In this document: one piece after another, positions 38,378 to 49,450 of the stretch | Position numbering within the stretch: the first letter of the stretch is position 1 | How the letters are laid out: each line of letters starts with the position of its first letter | Origin: Pseudogymnoascus verrucosus | Taxonomy: Eukaryota | NCBI GenBank assembly: GCA_001662655.1 | Contig: KV460250.1 | Reading direction: 5' to 3' (one strand) | DNA length: 64,000 nt | Translations under genes and position numbers: made by a program | The notes under the pieces: generated by a model | Seen by the model: the letters and a program-made list of their open reading frames with translations, nothing else | What the model was told of the DNA's origin: nothing | The model's database searches: none

Positions 38378-40312
38378 GTGAGGGGATGGGAAAGGGGAGG
38401 GGCGTTCCAGCGACTGTTTTAAGGGCATTGGGAGGTGTTTTTGTGTGGTTATGATACCATTTTATAGGGCGTTGGGAGCCGTCTATCTCGTGGAGAGGAC
38501 GCGGTGGAAGAAGTTGGGTTGAGAACTAGTTGTGCATACAAATGAAGCTGAACTTCGAAACACCTGCTTTGAATATCCCTCGACGAAGATAGAACTGCTG
38601 TCTAATATTACCAATCCCGTCCAACTCCACAAACACAGCCCTCTCATCAGTGCCCCCACTCCCAGCCCTGTCCCTCACAAACCAGAAAAAATGAAAAGCA
38701 GAGGGAAATAAGGAAAGAAAAAAGGAAATGCAAGATCCCGGAACATCTCCAGGAAGGATCTCAACACAGAAACGGGTCGAAACGAACAAACTCACCTCCC
38801 CGCCCTTGGTTTATTGAAACCGGTAAACTGCAGGTAGTTAGATAGGTAGGTACCCGCCCCCGCCACCGCCCCCTCCCCCAACTCGCGCGGAAAGACGGAA
38901 AGATTGGGGAGTGAGTGGACTGTTAGTTTGTTTGCTAACTATACAGTATACATAGTGCCTTGCCAGGGGAACTTCCTTACTTACCCTTCTCCTTCTCCGT
39001 TCCTTTCCCCTTCTTTCCCCGGACCGCGAACCTGAAAAGGAAACCCGACCCGAAAGGGAAAATGCACGTCTGTCACGGCAAGCGGATATCGAATAGCACT
39101 CTCATATTTTCATTTTAAGATACCTGTCAAAAAACCATAGAATTCTCGATTAGTCTACTTCCCCGATCGTCTGTCCCCGCCTCTCCCTTTTTAATATCGG
39201 CTGCTGCGCTTTCACGCTGTTACGCCTGCACATCATGATCCTACCTAACGGATCCTTCGCCTTGGCTTCGTCGCATCTAGAGCCCCGCCGTGGCACATGA
39301 ACGCTTCGCAAAACCATAACCTCGATTTGATCCCTGCTTTTTAGCCTTTCCGAGATAGCATGCAGTCCTTCAAGCGTCGACCTCGGGTTAATTAAAACGC
39401 GAAAATAGGCCGAGTTGCATTCTATATTGCGCCATAGGTCGAGGCTAGCTTGGATCCTGGAAATAGCGAGGCTGGTGTTAAGCATTGCTATGTCGAGGCC
39501 GTAAGACTACGTCAGATGGATCGCGGGGTAGGATAAATTACGTTGGAAGGATCAATTATGGTGCTCTAATTTATGGGCCTGATGTCAACATAGTCTGCGC
39601 AAAAAATTACTATACTATAGAGTATTTCTCTTGCTCGGTCTCTTATAAACGTGCCTGTTGGATGCTGTTGAGCGGGGTAGTGCACCTCTGCTGATCTAGT
39701 GCCGGCCGGGGGGGTAAGAAGGTCTCGGTAGTGGGTGCATATTCTCCACGGAAGCCGTTTAAAACAACGGCGACCTTCCCTTCTGTGTGTAGATGCATCA
39801 GGACATAGCTTAGCTTTCGCCTAGTGCTGACCCCCGACGAATGCAACTTAGATTCACTTTGACTTAGACGCAGGCAACTCGGTCATATTCCTACGTCTCT
39901 ACGAGGGCACAACAAAATACTAAGGAAGGTTGGAGTTTGACGGAACGTTACCTCCTACAGGCTGGTTTTATGAGTATCACGAGTCTCTGTTCGTGGTTCC
40001 TGTTCGTGTAATGCTAGAGAGACACGGACATAGTTACCTGTGCCGGTCCGACTGTACCCTAGCATAGGTAGAATCAGCATAAGATCTACATTCGAGTGCA
40101 TATTTATTACTAGGGGACGATTCCTGCTCCTGTAGACTAAATTTATAAAGAATAAAGCTTGATGGGTCAGGTGAAGATCATGAGAATAAGCCCATAACAC
40201 TTTGTTGCTTAAAACCCCACGATGTCGCTCCTTTCCTTGGTGCTTGATTAAGCTTCTCGTTAATCAGTTTAGAAGCCTTCCTGTCCCACTATTACCCCAC
40301 CAAATAGTCGAC

Positions 40313-41827
40313 ATGTTGTCACGACCATGCCTCGGCTACGCTATCGGGCTCACCCTAGGCCTTGTTGCCAAGGGTGTTAACGGTGCGCCCTGCGACATCT
40401 ACGCCACTGGCGGCACGCCCTGCGTGGCTGCCCACAGCACCACCCGTGCACTATACGACGCCTTCAACGGCGCACTCTACCAGGTGAAACGCGATGCTGA
40501 CGGTGCCACGACTGACGTTAAGCCTCTGTCTGCCGGTGGCGTTGCCAATGCCGCTACCCAAGACTCGTTCTGCGCTGCTACTACATGCCTTATCAGCATT
40601 ATTTACGACCAATCCGGCAAGGGTAATCACCTTACTCAGGCTCCTCCCGGAGGCGCAGCGAGCGGCCCGGACGCCAATGGCTTTGACTTCCTAGCTAGCG
40701 CCCATGGCGCACCTGTCACCCTGGGCGGTAAAAAGGCGTACGGCGTCTTCATCTCACCCTTCACCGGCTACCGCTGCAACACCGCCAGTGGCACAGCTAC
40801 TGGCGACGCAGCAGAGGGTATATACGCAGTCGTTGACGGGACTCACTATAACGGGGCCTGCTGCTTCGATTACGGCAATGCTGAGACCAACAGTCAAGAT
40901 ACTGGCAATGGCCACATGGAGACCGTCTACTTTGGCACCGGCGGTGGTAGTGGTGCCGGCAACGGCCCTTGGGTCATGGCCGATCTGGAGAACGGCCTGT
41001 TCTCTGGCGCTGACCGCAACAGCAACCCTGGCAACCTGCCACAGACTTCCCGATTCGTCACTGCAGTCGTTAAGGGGAACACAAACAACCATTGGGCGAT
41101 CCGTGGCGGTAACGCCACATCCGGTTCGCTGTCGACCCTTTACGACGGCGCGCGCCCAGACAGTAGCTACAACCCAATGAAGAAAGAGGGTGCTATTATT
41201 CTAGGCATTGGCGGCGATAATAGCAATTGGGCTCAAGGCACGTTCTACGAAGGTGTCATGACTACCGGTTATCCGTCTGATGCTACTGAGAACGCAGTAC
41301 AGGCTAATATCGTAGCCGCTGGATACGCTACCACGTCTCTTACCAGTGGCCCAGCGCTCTCTGTCGGCTCCTCTATCTCGCTGAGAGCTACAACAGCTTG
41401 CTGCACTGGAGACTACATTACCCATACCGGCTCCACCGTCAAGATCCAAGCCGTGTCGTCTTCAAGCCCTGACGCCCTCAGACAGCAGGCTAGCTGGACA
41501 GTTCGCACTGGCCTCGGCTTCAGCGGCTGCTTCTCGTTCGAATCCAAGGACACTCCTGGCAGCTTCCTGCGCCACTCCCAGTACACGATTGTCCTGAACG
41601 GTAATGATGGCAGCAAACAGTTTGCTGAAGATGCCACGTTCTGCCCACAGACCGGCCTCAACGGTGCCAGCAACAATGCTTTGCGATCCTGGAGTTATCC
41701 CACTCGCTATTGGCGCCATTTTAACGCGGTGATCTATATCGCAAGTAACGGTGGTCCTTTCGAATTTGATTCCAAGGTTTCGTTCAACGACGACGTGAGC
41801 TTCGCGGTTGGCGCCAGTCTTGCTTAA
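40313..41827 (+). CDS. abfB: Secreted alpha-L-arabinofuranosidase B (GH54 + CBM42)
   Basis: Signal peptide followed by PCDIY..TPCVAAHSTTRAL, CCFDYGNAE, DTGNGHME, MADLENG, GIGGDNS and GTFYEG. C-terminal arabinose-binding domain (FLRH, FAEDATFC, YWRHF). Intronless. Confidence 0.96.
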   Translation: MLSRPCLGYAIGLTLGLVAKGVNGAPCDIYATGGTPCVAAHSTTRALYDAFNGALYQVKRDADGATTDVKPLSAGGVANAATQDSFCAATTCLISIIYDQSGKGNHLTQAPPGGAASGPDANGFDFLASAHGAPVTLGGKKAYGVFISPFTGYRCNTASGTATGDAAEGIYAVVDGTHYNGACCFDYGNAETNSQDTGNGHMETVYFGTGGGSGAGNGPWVMADLENGLFSGADRNSNPGNLPQTSRFVTAVVKGNTNNHWAIRGGNATSGSLSTLYDGARPDSSYNPMKKEGAIILGIGGDNSNWAQGTFYEGVMTTGYPSDATENAVQANIVAAGYATTSLTSGPALSVGSSISLRATTACCTGDYITHTGSTVKIQAVSSSSPDALRQQASWTVRTGLGFSGCFSFESKDTPGSFLRHSQYTIVLNGNDGSKQFAEDATFCPQTGLNGASNNALRSWSYPTRYWRHFNAVIYIASNGGPFEFDSKVSFNDDVSFAVGASLA

Positions 41828-42080
41828 GTCCTGTCTGGCCCAACCTCTCTACCAAAGCATCCAACGTCTCTTGTGTCGGGATCACCGTAGCCTACGCAAA
41901 TTTTTCCTTATTTAGCTTGTTTACCCTTGCCTATGCGCAAGAAGAGTGAAAATGTGCTTAGAAAAATAGCGCAATTCTACTGAGAATAACTTCATATATA
42001 TAAATCCGTCTCAGCTCGAGAATATCTCACAATTACAAGCCAAAATTACCGAGTTTTTTCACGTGCATAGACGCTTTTGC

Positions 42081-42311
42081 TATTCAATTGATGCTATACT
42101 GCTTGCTTTATTCTACCGTAGTGCTCTTATTCAGGTTGTGATATTCTGTACGGAGCGAAAGTGAGAACTGGACTCCTCCCTGGATTATCATACGGTCACT
42201 AACGCCGAGATATATTTCTCACTTCCGTTGCGAACAGAATATCACAACCTGAATAAGAGCACAAAAATACAATAATGTAAGCAGAATATGAAGAAAGGCA
42301 CTAATTGAATA
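42081..42311. repeat. Long inverted repeat/foldback with perfect 29-bp core
   Basis: GTGCTCTTATTCAGGTTGTGATATTCTGT (42121-42149) is the exact reverse complement of 42234-42262. Pairing extends inward (AAGTGAGAA/TTCTCACTT) and outward (CTGCTT/AAGCAG, TATTCAATT/AATTGAATA). Confidence 0.92.
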
Positions 42312-43031
42312 ACTAAACTATCTACTGGATATATGATACTATCTGCAGGCCACGGCAGGCATCGGCTTTGACCCCGAGAGTGCCAAGTCCCGTATCCCAA
42401 CCCGTGCCGAGATAGACACCAAAGCTAACCCAGCCGATATCTCAGCTGTTCCACCCGTACGGTGAAACGATTAGTGCCCGCAGTGCCATCAGCGGCAGAT
42501 CTCAGCCGCACGGAACGTCTGCCCCTCCGATTGGCCGACCCTGTTTCAACATGAAATGAAACATACGATCCTACATACATAGGGCTGTGAAATATCAAAG
42601 TATGGCTGCCTATTGTGGCCGTGAAGCCAATATAAAGTGTTTTTAAGTTGGACTACTCTACATCAGCAAGCATGAGGCTCCTACAAGAGCATGCAGCTGT
42701 TGCGAATCCAGCTCCTACGTGCCAAGCCCGCTTTCAAGCCGTGCTGTTTGTGGCCCGCCTCGTCTTTTAGTACAAGCCGGCTGCCATAAAGACCACTAGG
42801 CTTCTGAGCTAGGATATGACCTATTGATACGAACCTTCGTGGCACCAGCTGTCTAGCCGTATAGCCGGAGTTGGAGTGATCTACCTAGCTGAGGGTTCAG
42901 CTGGGCGTATCCAGTAAGCTTGATACGAATCTAGGTAGCCATATAAGAAATCTAACATATAGCTTAGCAAAGCTCGAGGTTTGAGCTCGTGGCCTTATTA
43001 ATAGCAGCTTAGGCCTAGTAGATATTCATAG

Positions 43032-43195
43032 TTAGTCAATTGATTTTATTTTTCCTTTCTATATACTCTACTGCTTGGTGCTCCTATCCCCGTTTGCTTG
43101 CCTACTGAATCTTAGTCAACTGATTTTATTTCCCTGTTTTATATACTGTACTCTATTGCTTGGTGATCTTCTTCCCGTTTGCTTGCTTACTGCAT
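43032..43195. repeat. Tandem duplication, ~80-bp unit, two copies
   Basis: TTAGTCAA.TGATTTTATTT..TATATACT..TGCTTGGTG..CCCGTTTGCTTGC.TACTG at 43032 and 43112. Confidence 0.9.
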
Positions 43196-43283
43196 GCCAA
43201 AGTGATAATTTAACTCGGCTAGCCAAATCGTCCTACATGCCCCTGGCCGAGACAGTTACAGCAGCGGCTTCTCCAGGAGTATG

Positions 43284-43607
43284 AGCCAACCAACAGATGC
43301 GGCAATTTTCTTAGTTCTGTAGGGCAGCACGATCCTTCATTATGATTCTCCGTTAGGATATTGCAGTCCGAGTGGAACACCAGTCAAACAAACGAAGCTG
43401 TTTTCTCAGCATCTCAAGAGAATAGGATCATTTATTAGAATCCTACAGAGTGGAACATGAGTCAACCAACAAACGCAGCAGTCCTTCAACATCATAAGGC
43501 TGTAGGACCATTCATTAAAATCCTACACAGCGAAACAATAGCCAACCAACGTAGGTGATAGTTTCCGCAACCTCGCAGGGCAGCATGATCCTTCGTTACG
43601 ATCCTAA
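43284..43607. repeat. Degenerate ~80-bp tandem array, four units
   Basis: AG(C/T)CAA(C/A)CAA at 43284, 43382, 43460 and 43540; GAT/GAC..ATCCTA blocks near 43423, 43503 and 43583. Confidence 0.75.
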
Positions 43608-43805
43608 ATGTGAACGGAAATATTTGTCATTAAGTAAGTGGTGGTAGAAATATACCGCAGTATTTATACATCCTGCAATCCTTTAACATAGAGAAACGAT
43701 TATAAAAGATAGACTCCTCCCCACTATCAATCTACCATCCATCAAACCAAAGCATCCTCCAAAGCATCCTCCAAATCCAATCTCAACCCCCCCCACAAAA
43801 ACACC

Positions 43806-44360
43806 ATGCATTTCCAACTCCTCACCCTCCTCGCCCTCGCCACCGCCAGCGCCGCCACCCAATGGGCCGGCATGGAGAACCTCCCCGACGGCGCCTACAG
43901 CGGCACCAACCACCCCGACGGCTCCACGACCATGACCTCCCTCACCACCGGCTCAACCTACACCTTCCAGCTCGCCTCCACCTCCGCCACCTCCCCAACC
44001 CGCCGCTCCCCCCGCCACGGCATTTCCAAGCGCGACACCAGCTGCTGGGGCTACGAGCTGGACCACGGCGGCGTCGACGAGGGCGTGACGGAACTAAAGC
44101 GCTGGGCCGGCGCCGGCGGCCAAGACCTCGTCTCCGGGGACAGTCGGAGCTATTACGGCTTCAATAGGAAGGGGGTGTACGTGTATTACTGCATTAATGC
44201 GCTGCATACGCAGGGGAATCTGGATACGGGGGATATCGATTATGCGAATAGGATGATGGATGCTGGGTGTGGGATGTATCAGGCGGGGTTCTTTTTGTGG
44301 CCGGGGTCGCCGGAGTTGGTGGGGAAGTGTAGGTCGGGGACGGCGATTTGTTTGGGGTAG
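43806..44360 (+). CDS. Small secreted protein with putative Kex2-processed Cys-containing mature domain, 184 aa
   Basis: TATAAAA at ~43701, ACACC-ATG context, signal peptide MHFQLLTLLALATASA, S/T-rich pro-region, ISKR|DTSC site, and five Cys all downstream of the KR. Confidence 0.85.
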   Translation: MHFQLLTLLALATASAATQWAGMENLPDGAYSGTNHPDGSTTMTSLTTGSTYTFQLASTSATSPTRRSPRHGISKRDTSCWGYELDHGGVDEGVTELKRWAGAGGQDLVSGDSRSYYGFNRKGVYVYYCINALHTQGNLDTGDIDYANRMMDAGCGMYQAGFFLWPGSPELVGKCRSGTAICLG

Positions 44361-44991
44361 GTTTGGGGGGGGGAAGGCGATTTATTGAGCACGCTGTTGG
44401 TGGGGGTGAAAAATGGAGGAGGGGGGAAGTTGGGATGTTGTGTGGGAGGGAGGATGATGATGATGTTGGCACACACTCATTTACCCCCCCTTTTTTTTGG
44501 GTGCAGTTGTCTGTGCTATTGCAGGATCGATCTTTCGGGTGGTAAAGAAGACTTCGTTTACTATTCTCTCACTACTACTATGTTCTGCTAGATACGCCAG
44601 AAAAATAAAAAACGCCTATCATCATGACTTGAAACTTTAGTGGTGTGCATTAAAATGCTTACGGCTTGTGTGCTTAATGTATGTATAATAAACCATGTAC
44701 ACTACGGTAATAACACCTCGAGTCTCTCTCTAGAAACCTAGCGGCATCACGAGACTAAAGTAAAGTGAGGCAGCTTATAGAGGTGGTAGTGTTAGACGTG
44801 TACAGTTTGGGGGGTGTGTGATTATATAGAGTTATAGACGGTAGGGGTAGAGGGGGGGTTGTTACATACAGTAATCTCTAAGGTCTATAGTTAGTTAAGC
44901 TAGGTAGGGTTAGGGAAAGAAGGCAAGGCTATATAAGGGGATAAATTGAGTAATAGGGATAGGATAGTAGGTAACGTGTATGTAGGTAAAT

Positions 44992-45026
44992 TTAGATGTT
45001 AGATGTTAGATGTTAGATGCTAGATG
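44992..45026. repeat. Heptamer microsatellite (TTAGATG)x~5
   Basis: Read directly from sequence. Confidence 0.85.
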
Positions 45027-45721
45027 CAGAATAAGATATGTAAAATAGAAGATGGAATAGAAGACACCATCTCCTATCTCTAATCTCCTATACCATTACA
45101 TCTTACATCACGCATTATAATCACAATCACAATTACTCCCCCTTCTATCCCTAACAAAGCTACAACATCACGAGAGAAAAAGCTCTTAATTACGCCCCCC
45201 CCCCCCCCCCCCTAATTCCCTCACTACCTAAAGCCAAGAGCCGAGCCGAGTAGAGCAGAGCTGAGATCCCCACCATGCCTTGCCACCCCCCTACCTTCCC
45301 ATCATGCCATGCCACCACACTATCATGTGTCTGTATGTCTGTATGTAATAACCCCCCTCCGCCCCCTTTCCCACCCCCACTAACCCCCCGAAAGCTAAAT
45401 ATCAAAACCATGCAAATGCTCCATGCCATCGAAATCACCAGATAAAAAACGCCATTAATCCCACCCCCCAGCCATCCCACCGTCCAGAAAGTCGTCCATC
45501 CCATAAATAATCCCCCGCCATAGAAGGCGTTACAGTACCCCCATCCCCATACCAGCTTAGCGTAAGCCATGCAGAAACGAAAAGAAACGAAAAAAATCCA
45601 GTGTGCGAGGGAATGCAACGGCGCGTCGATATGCATATGTTCATCCTCCACCCCCCCTTTCCCCTTCGCCTTTTCCCCATTATCTCTCACCCCTTCCCCT
45701 CCTCAATCACCACACCCCCCA

Positions 45722-48251
45722 TCACCCCCTCGCACCCCCCCACCGCCTCGCTCCACCCCCATCCATAACCCCCGCCTGAAACCCCGCACCCCCCACCCCA
45801 ACCCCCCCAGCTCCACCAAGGAACCCCTCACTAACCGGCCTCCCCGCCTCAGTCCACACCCTCTCCTCCGCCCCAAACAACTCCATCCTCGGACTCGCGA
45901 GCGCCATCTGCGCCTCATCCATATCCCCCACCTGCGTCGGCGGCAGATGCGGTATCCCCAACATCTGCGCCCTCGCCATGTCGCGCGCCTCGTCGCGGAC
46001 GGGTGCGTCCACGGGTAGGGACGACCTCCTGCTCGACAGAGGAGCGGGTGTCGCGCCGCCGTTCTCGAGGACGGTAGGGTGCGGTGTTACGGAGCGGGGT
46101 TGTCCGAGGACCGCAGCGACGGTGTTGGCGGTGTCGAAGATATTCCTGGTCGTTATCGTTGGGGGTCGGGAGTTCGCGTTGCTATTCGGATTCGAGTTCG
46201 CAGAGGGGCCGGAACTGGGATTGGGATTGGGAATAGACCCGCCCCCTCGAGGCATGACACCCGAGGATCGCGCTGCTGCACTGATACTGTTGCCGGTAGA
46301 GTTACGGATGTTGTTCCCGCGCCTGTTGCGGCGGCGAGCTTCGTTATCCGCCATTTGGCGGGTACCGAGCGGGACGCCGTGCGAGTGGTGCATCGCTGCC
46401 CACTCTTCCTGGCGTTGCATGTGTTGCCTATCCCGCTGTCAGTTTTCGGCACGTGGTGGGCATCAATTAGATGCCGGGGTCCAGAAGGGGGGGGGTTACC
46501 TCATAATCGCCTCAGAGTGTTCTAGCGCAGAGTTCTCTAGACGCGCGCGATTCTGTGCCTCGAGGGCGTAGAGGGCATGGATTTGCGACTGCACGTGTGC
46601 GCGGTTCATGTATGCCTGTCCCAGATGACGGGCTTCCATGGCTGCGAAGGCGGCGGCGCGCTCTTCGGCTGTCATGGGGCCGTTGTGCTGTTGGGCGCTG
46701 GAGGTTGCCGGGCGGTTGAGGACGAAGAGACGACGCATCTCTTCTGCAGGGCTCCTTTTAGGTTCCGAGGGAAGCTTGTCGCGGCAGTATGGGCAGCTGT
46801 CCGAGTCTTTGAGCCAGTGCTTTAGGCAGTGGTCGCCGAAGATGTGTTTGCACTTGGGGAGTCGGACTGCACATTCGATGTTCCCGTCCGGGTTCTTGAT
46901 GCCGAATTCGTTGTAGCAGATTATGCAGTCTGCGGCAGTTAGTTTTGGTATACGGGAAGCTAGATATAGATGTACTTACTTCGGTCGTCTCCCGTCAAGC
47001 TGGACAGCTCAACAGGTTCCAGTGATGCCAGAGCGGCTGGAGATGCAACCAACTTTGCAGCTGCTATAGCTGCTCTCCGGGCTGCCCGGTTACGCTCCAT
47101 AGCAAGCTCGCGCTCGTCACCTTCAGCAGAACTCACTGTGGTAAATTAGCTTCTGAAAATACAGCACTCATGGGTGTCTGCTGCCCAACCACCCCCAGAG
47201 ATCGATAATACTTACTTGCAGGTCGGTGCTGGCCATGAGCAGCACCCGGTGTAGGTCGGGGACGGGCACCCAAATCTCGCCGATCGAAGCTATCAAGACT
47301 ATCATCGTCCGATTCATCACCATAATCAGATATGAGGTTCGCCTCGTGTATCCAAGCACGGCGCTGCTCGTGTTCAAGGTGCGTCAATTGACGGGGCGGT
47401 TGTGCGGGAGGAGGACCCGACACGTTTCGAGAAGTATACTGGAATGTCTCGACTGCTACCCGGTTAGCATTCAAACGGCGGATGATGGGCAACCGCGCTA
47501 CGTGACGACGAAATGAAGAATGCTCACCCCGGGTTCCCTGGACTCCCTGGAAGTGAGATGGACTCCTGCTGCCCGTGAAATTAGGCTGCGGTAAATGTGT
47601 AGGGAAGAACGTAGATTGGACAGTCAGGGTGGGAGGCTGGCGTGTATTCCTGTTCGACTGAGCTTCTTGTTGGGCTCTCGCCATCTGGGCCTGTATCAAC
47701 TCACTCCTCCTCTGCGTCGCTTCATCTACTGGAGAGCTGTAGTTTGGAACTCCCGTAGCTACAGACGGCACAGGTCCTGCATTTTGACTCTCTCCTTGCC
47801 TGTTTTCGTTCGCATTGTGGAACCGATCCATGTTGGGTGCTCGAGGTATAGGGTGCCTATTCTCTTCGGGGCGCAGGAACTGCTGCTGGTTGCCAGCAAA
47901 GTCTGGGGTGCGGTTGAACGGAGTAAGGCTATAGCGAGTAGCACTTCCAGGATGACCTGAGTATGGAAGCTGGCGACTAGGTCCACCGGCACTCGAGTCG
48001 GGCTGTGGTGAATTGTGAGATGGCATGCCTGGCCAGTGTACCCCTCCAGGGTGGGAAGAAGGGCCGAACGAAGGTGTGTTTGGGTGAGGGTTATATCCCC
48101 AGCTGGACTGGAAGGCTGCCAGGGCATTCGGTGTGTCTGCAGTGGGCCGATAGGGACATGTTGGTTGAGCCATGGCCTGCGAGGAAGTAATTGTTGGGTC
48201 GTCAATGTCCATCTGGTATTCCATGAAGTTGGGGTTCATTGCCTCGGCCAT
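45722..48251 (-). CDS. RING-H2 E3 ubiquitin ligase, San1-like, ~751 aa, largely low complexity
   Basis: Spliced RING-H2: CIICYNEFG..VRLPKCKHIFGDHCLKHWLKDSDSCPYCRDKLPSE. Introns 47456-47527, 47136-47215, 46930-46979 and 46428-46499. The start codon is uncertain among several nearby in-frame ATGs. Confidence 0.85.
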
Positions 48252-49259
48252 GGACTGACCTCTCTCCGCTTGCACGAAGGGTGTCGAGGTGTGCGTTTCC
48301 CAATGACGACAGTCACCTTCTCGGTGGAGGAAGGGTATGGAAGGTGTTTGTTCTCGTGTCTTTGAGGGTTGGCCTTTCGAGGCAGCGTCGTATTGTGCGT
48401 GCCGGGGTTTATGGTCGACTCGTCTGCTACCTCATGAGGGAAGGTTGGTGGTGACAGTCGACTCGGTGTTGTGGGAATTGTCGGTGAGGGTAGGATTGGC
48501 GGAGTGAGAGATGTCTTGAATAAAGTATTGAGTGCCCGGCGAGGGAGGTTTCACTCGGAGCGGGGGCAGTGTACTGTACGGGGTCCTCGAGGGTGGATCG
48601 TTCAGAGGAGAGTGTCTCTTGAGGCAGTGGGAGAGTTTCGTGAGGGGTAGTTGGCTGAGAGATGGAGGGAGGGGGAGAGAGAGTGGGAGGTTACTGTAGG
48701 TGAGAGGAACAGTATGGTGGAGGAAGTTGTAGAGTTCTGAGTAGAAGAGGAGGAGAAAGACAGAGAAAGAGGAGAAAGAGAGGTCACAGAAAGAGATCTG
48801 TCGGAGGAGGAGAGGGAGAGACAGGGAGAGAGAGAGGGTGGTAGGTAACGAGCGGAAGCGGGGGGGGGGGTTGTGGTGGTGGGAGTAGGTGGTTGTGGTG
48901 GTAAGAGGTGGTTTAGAGAGAGAGTACAGTACGGTTCAGTACTAGAGAGACGAGACGAGGGTAGCGACTTGTGTGTGTGTGTGTGTTGCGTAGATTTGGT
49001 AGTATGGCACCTATGTATACTAATAAATGTGTGGTGGTGTGTTTTGTGTGAGGGAGGGGAGAGAGTGCGTATGAGAGGATGTGAGTGGTGTGGTATGTAG
49101 TATGTAACTATCAGTAGTAAGAGTGGTAGTGAGTGGTAGTTAGTACAGATGAGCTATGTAGCTCTCTCTATAAGTCTGTTTGGTATGTGCACGGTCTGTG
49201 TGGACTACAGTGGTGGTGTAAGTGATGGTGGATTATACTAGCTAACGATAAGCAGCTAC

Positions 49260-49450
49260 ATACATAATCCATCGAAGGCACATATCGAGATACACATACA
49301 CATACGAATAGAGATTCACATACGCATAGAGATACATATATGCACACATAGAGATACACATACATACACGCAGCATACAGATACAGATACAGATACGGAT
49401 ACAGATGCACATACACCTAGGCATACACCTAGGCATACACCTACACAAAC
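49260..49450. repeat. Low-complexity microsatellite block: (ATACAG)n, (CATA)n, (CATACACCTAGG)x2-3
   Basis: Read directly from sequence. Confidence 0.8.

Noticed and set aside
42561..42592. ACATACGATC..CATAGGG..TGTGAAA resembling the start of fungal 5S rRNA
   Set aside because: Similarity is interrupted and ends after ~30 nt; internal 5S boxes are absent.
44905..44915. TAGGGTTAGGG telomere-like sequence
   Set aside because: Fewer than two full units in a TA/G-rich tract; compatible with chance.
2461..48251. APC2, F-box and RING genes as a ubiquitin cluster; sugar porters plus abfB as a carbohydrate cluster
   Set aside because: Widely separated by unrelated housekeeping genes, and no shared motif was seen.
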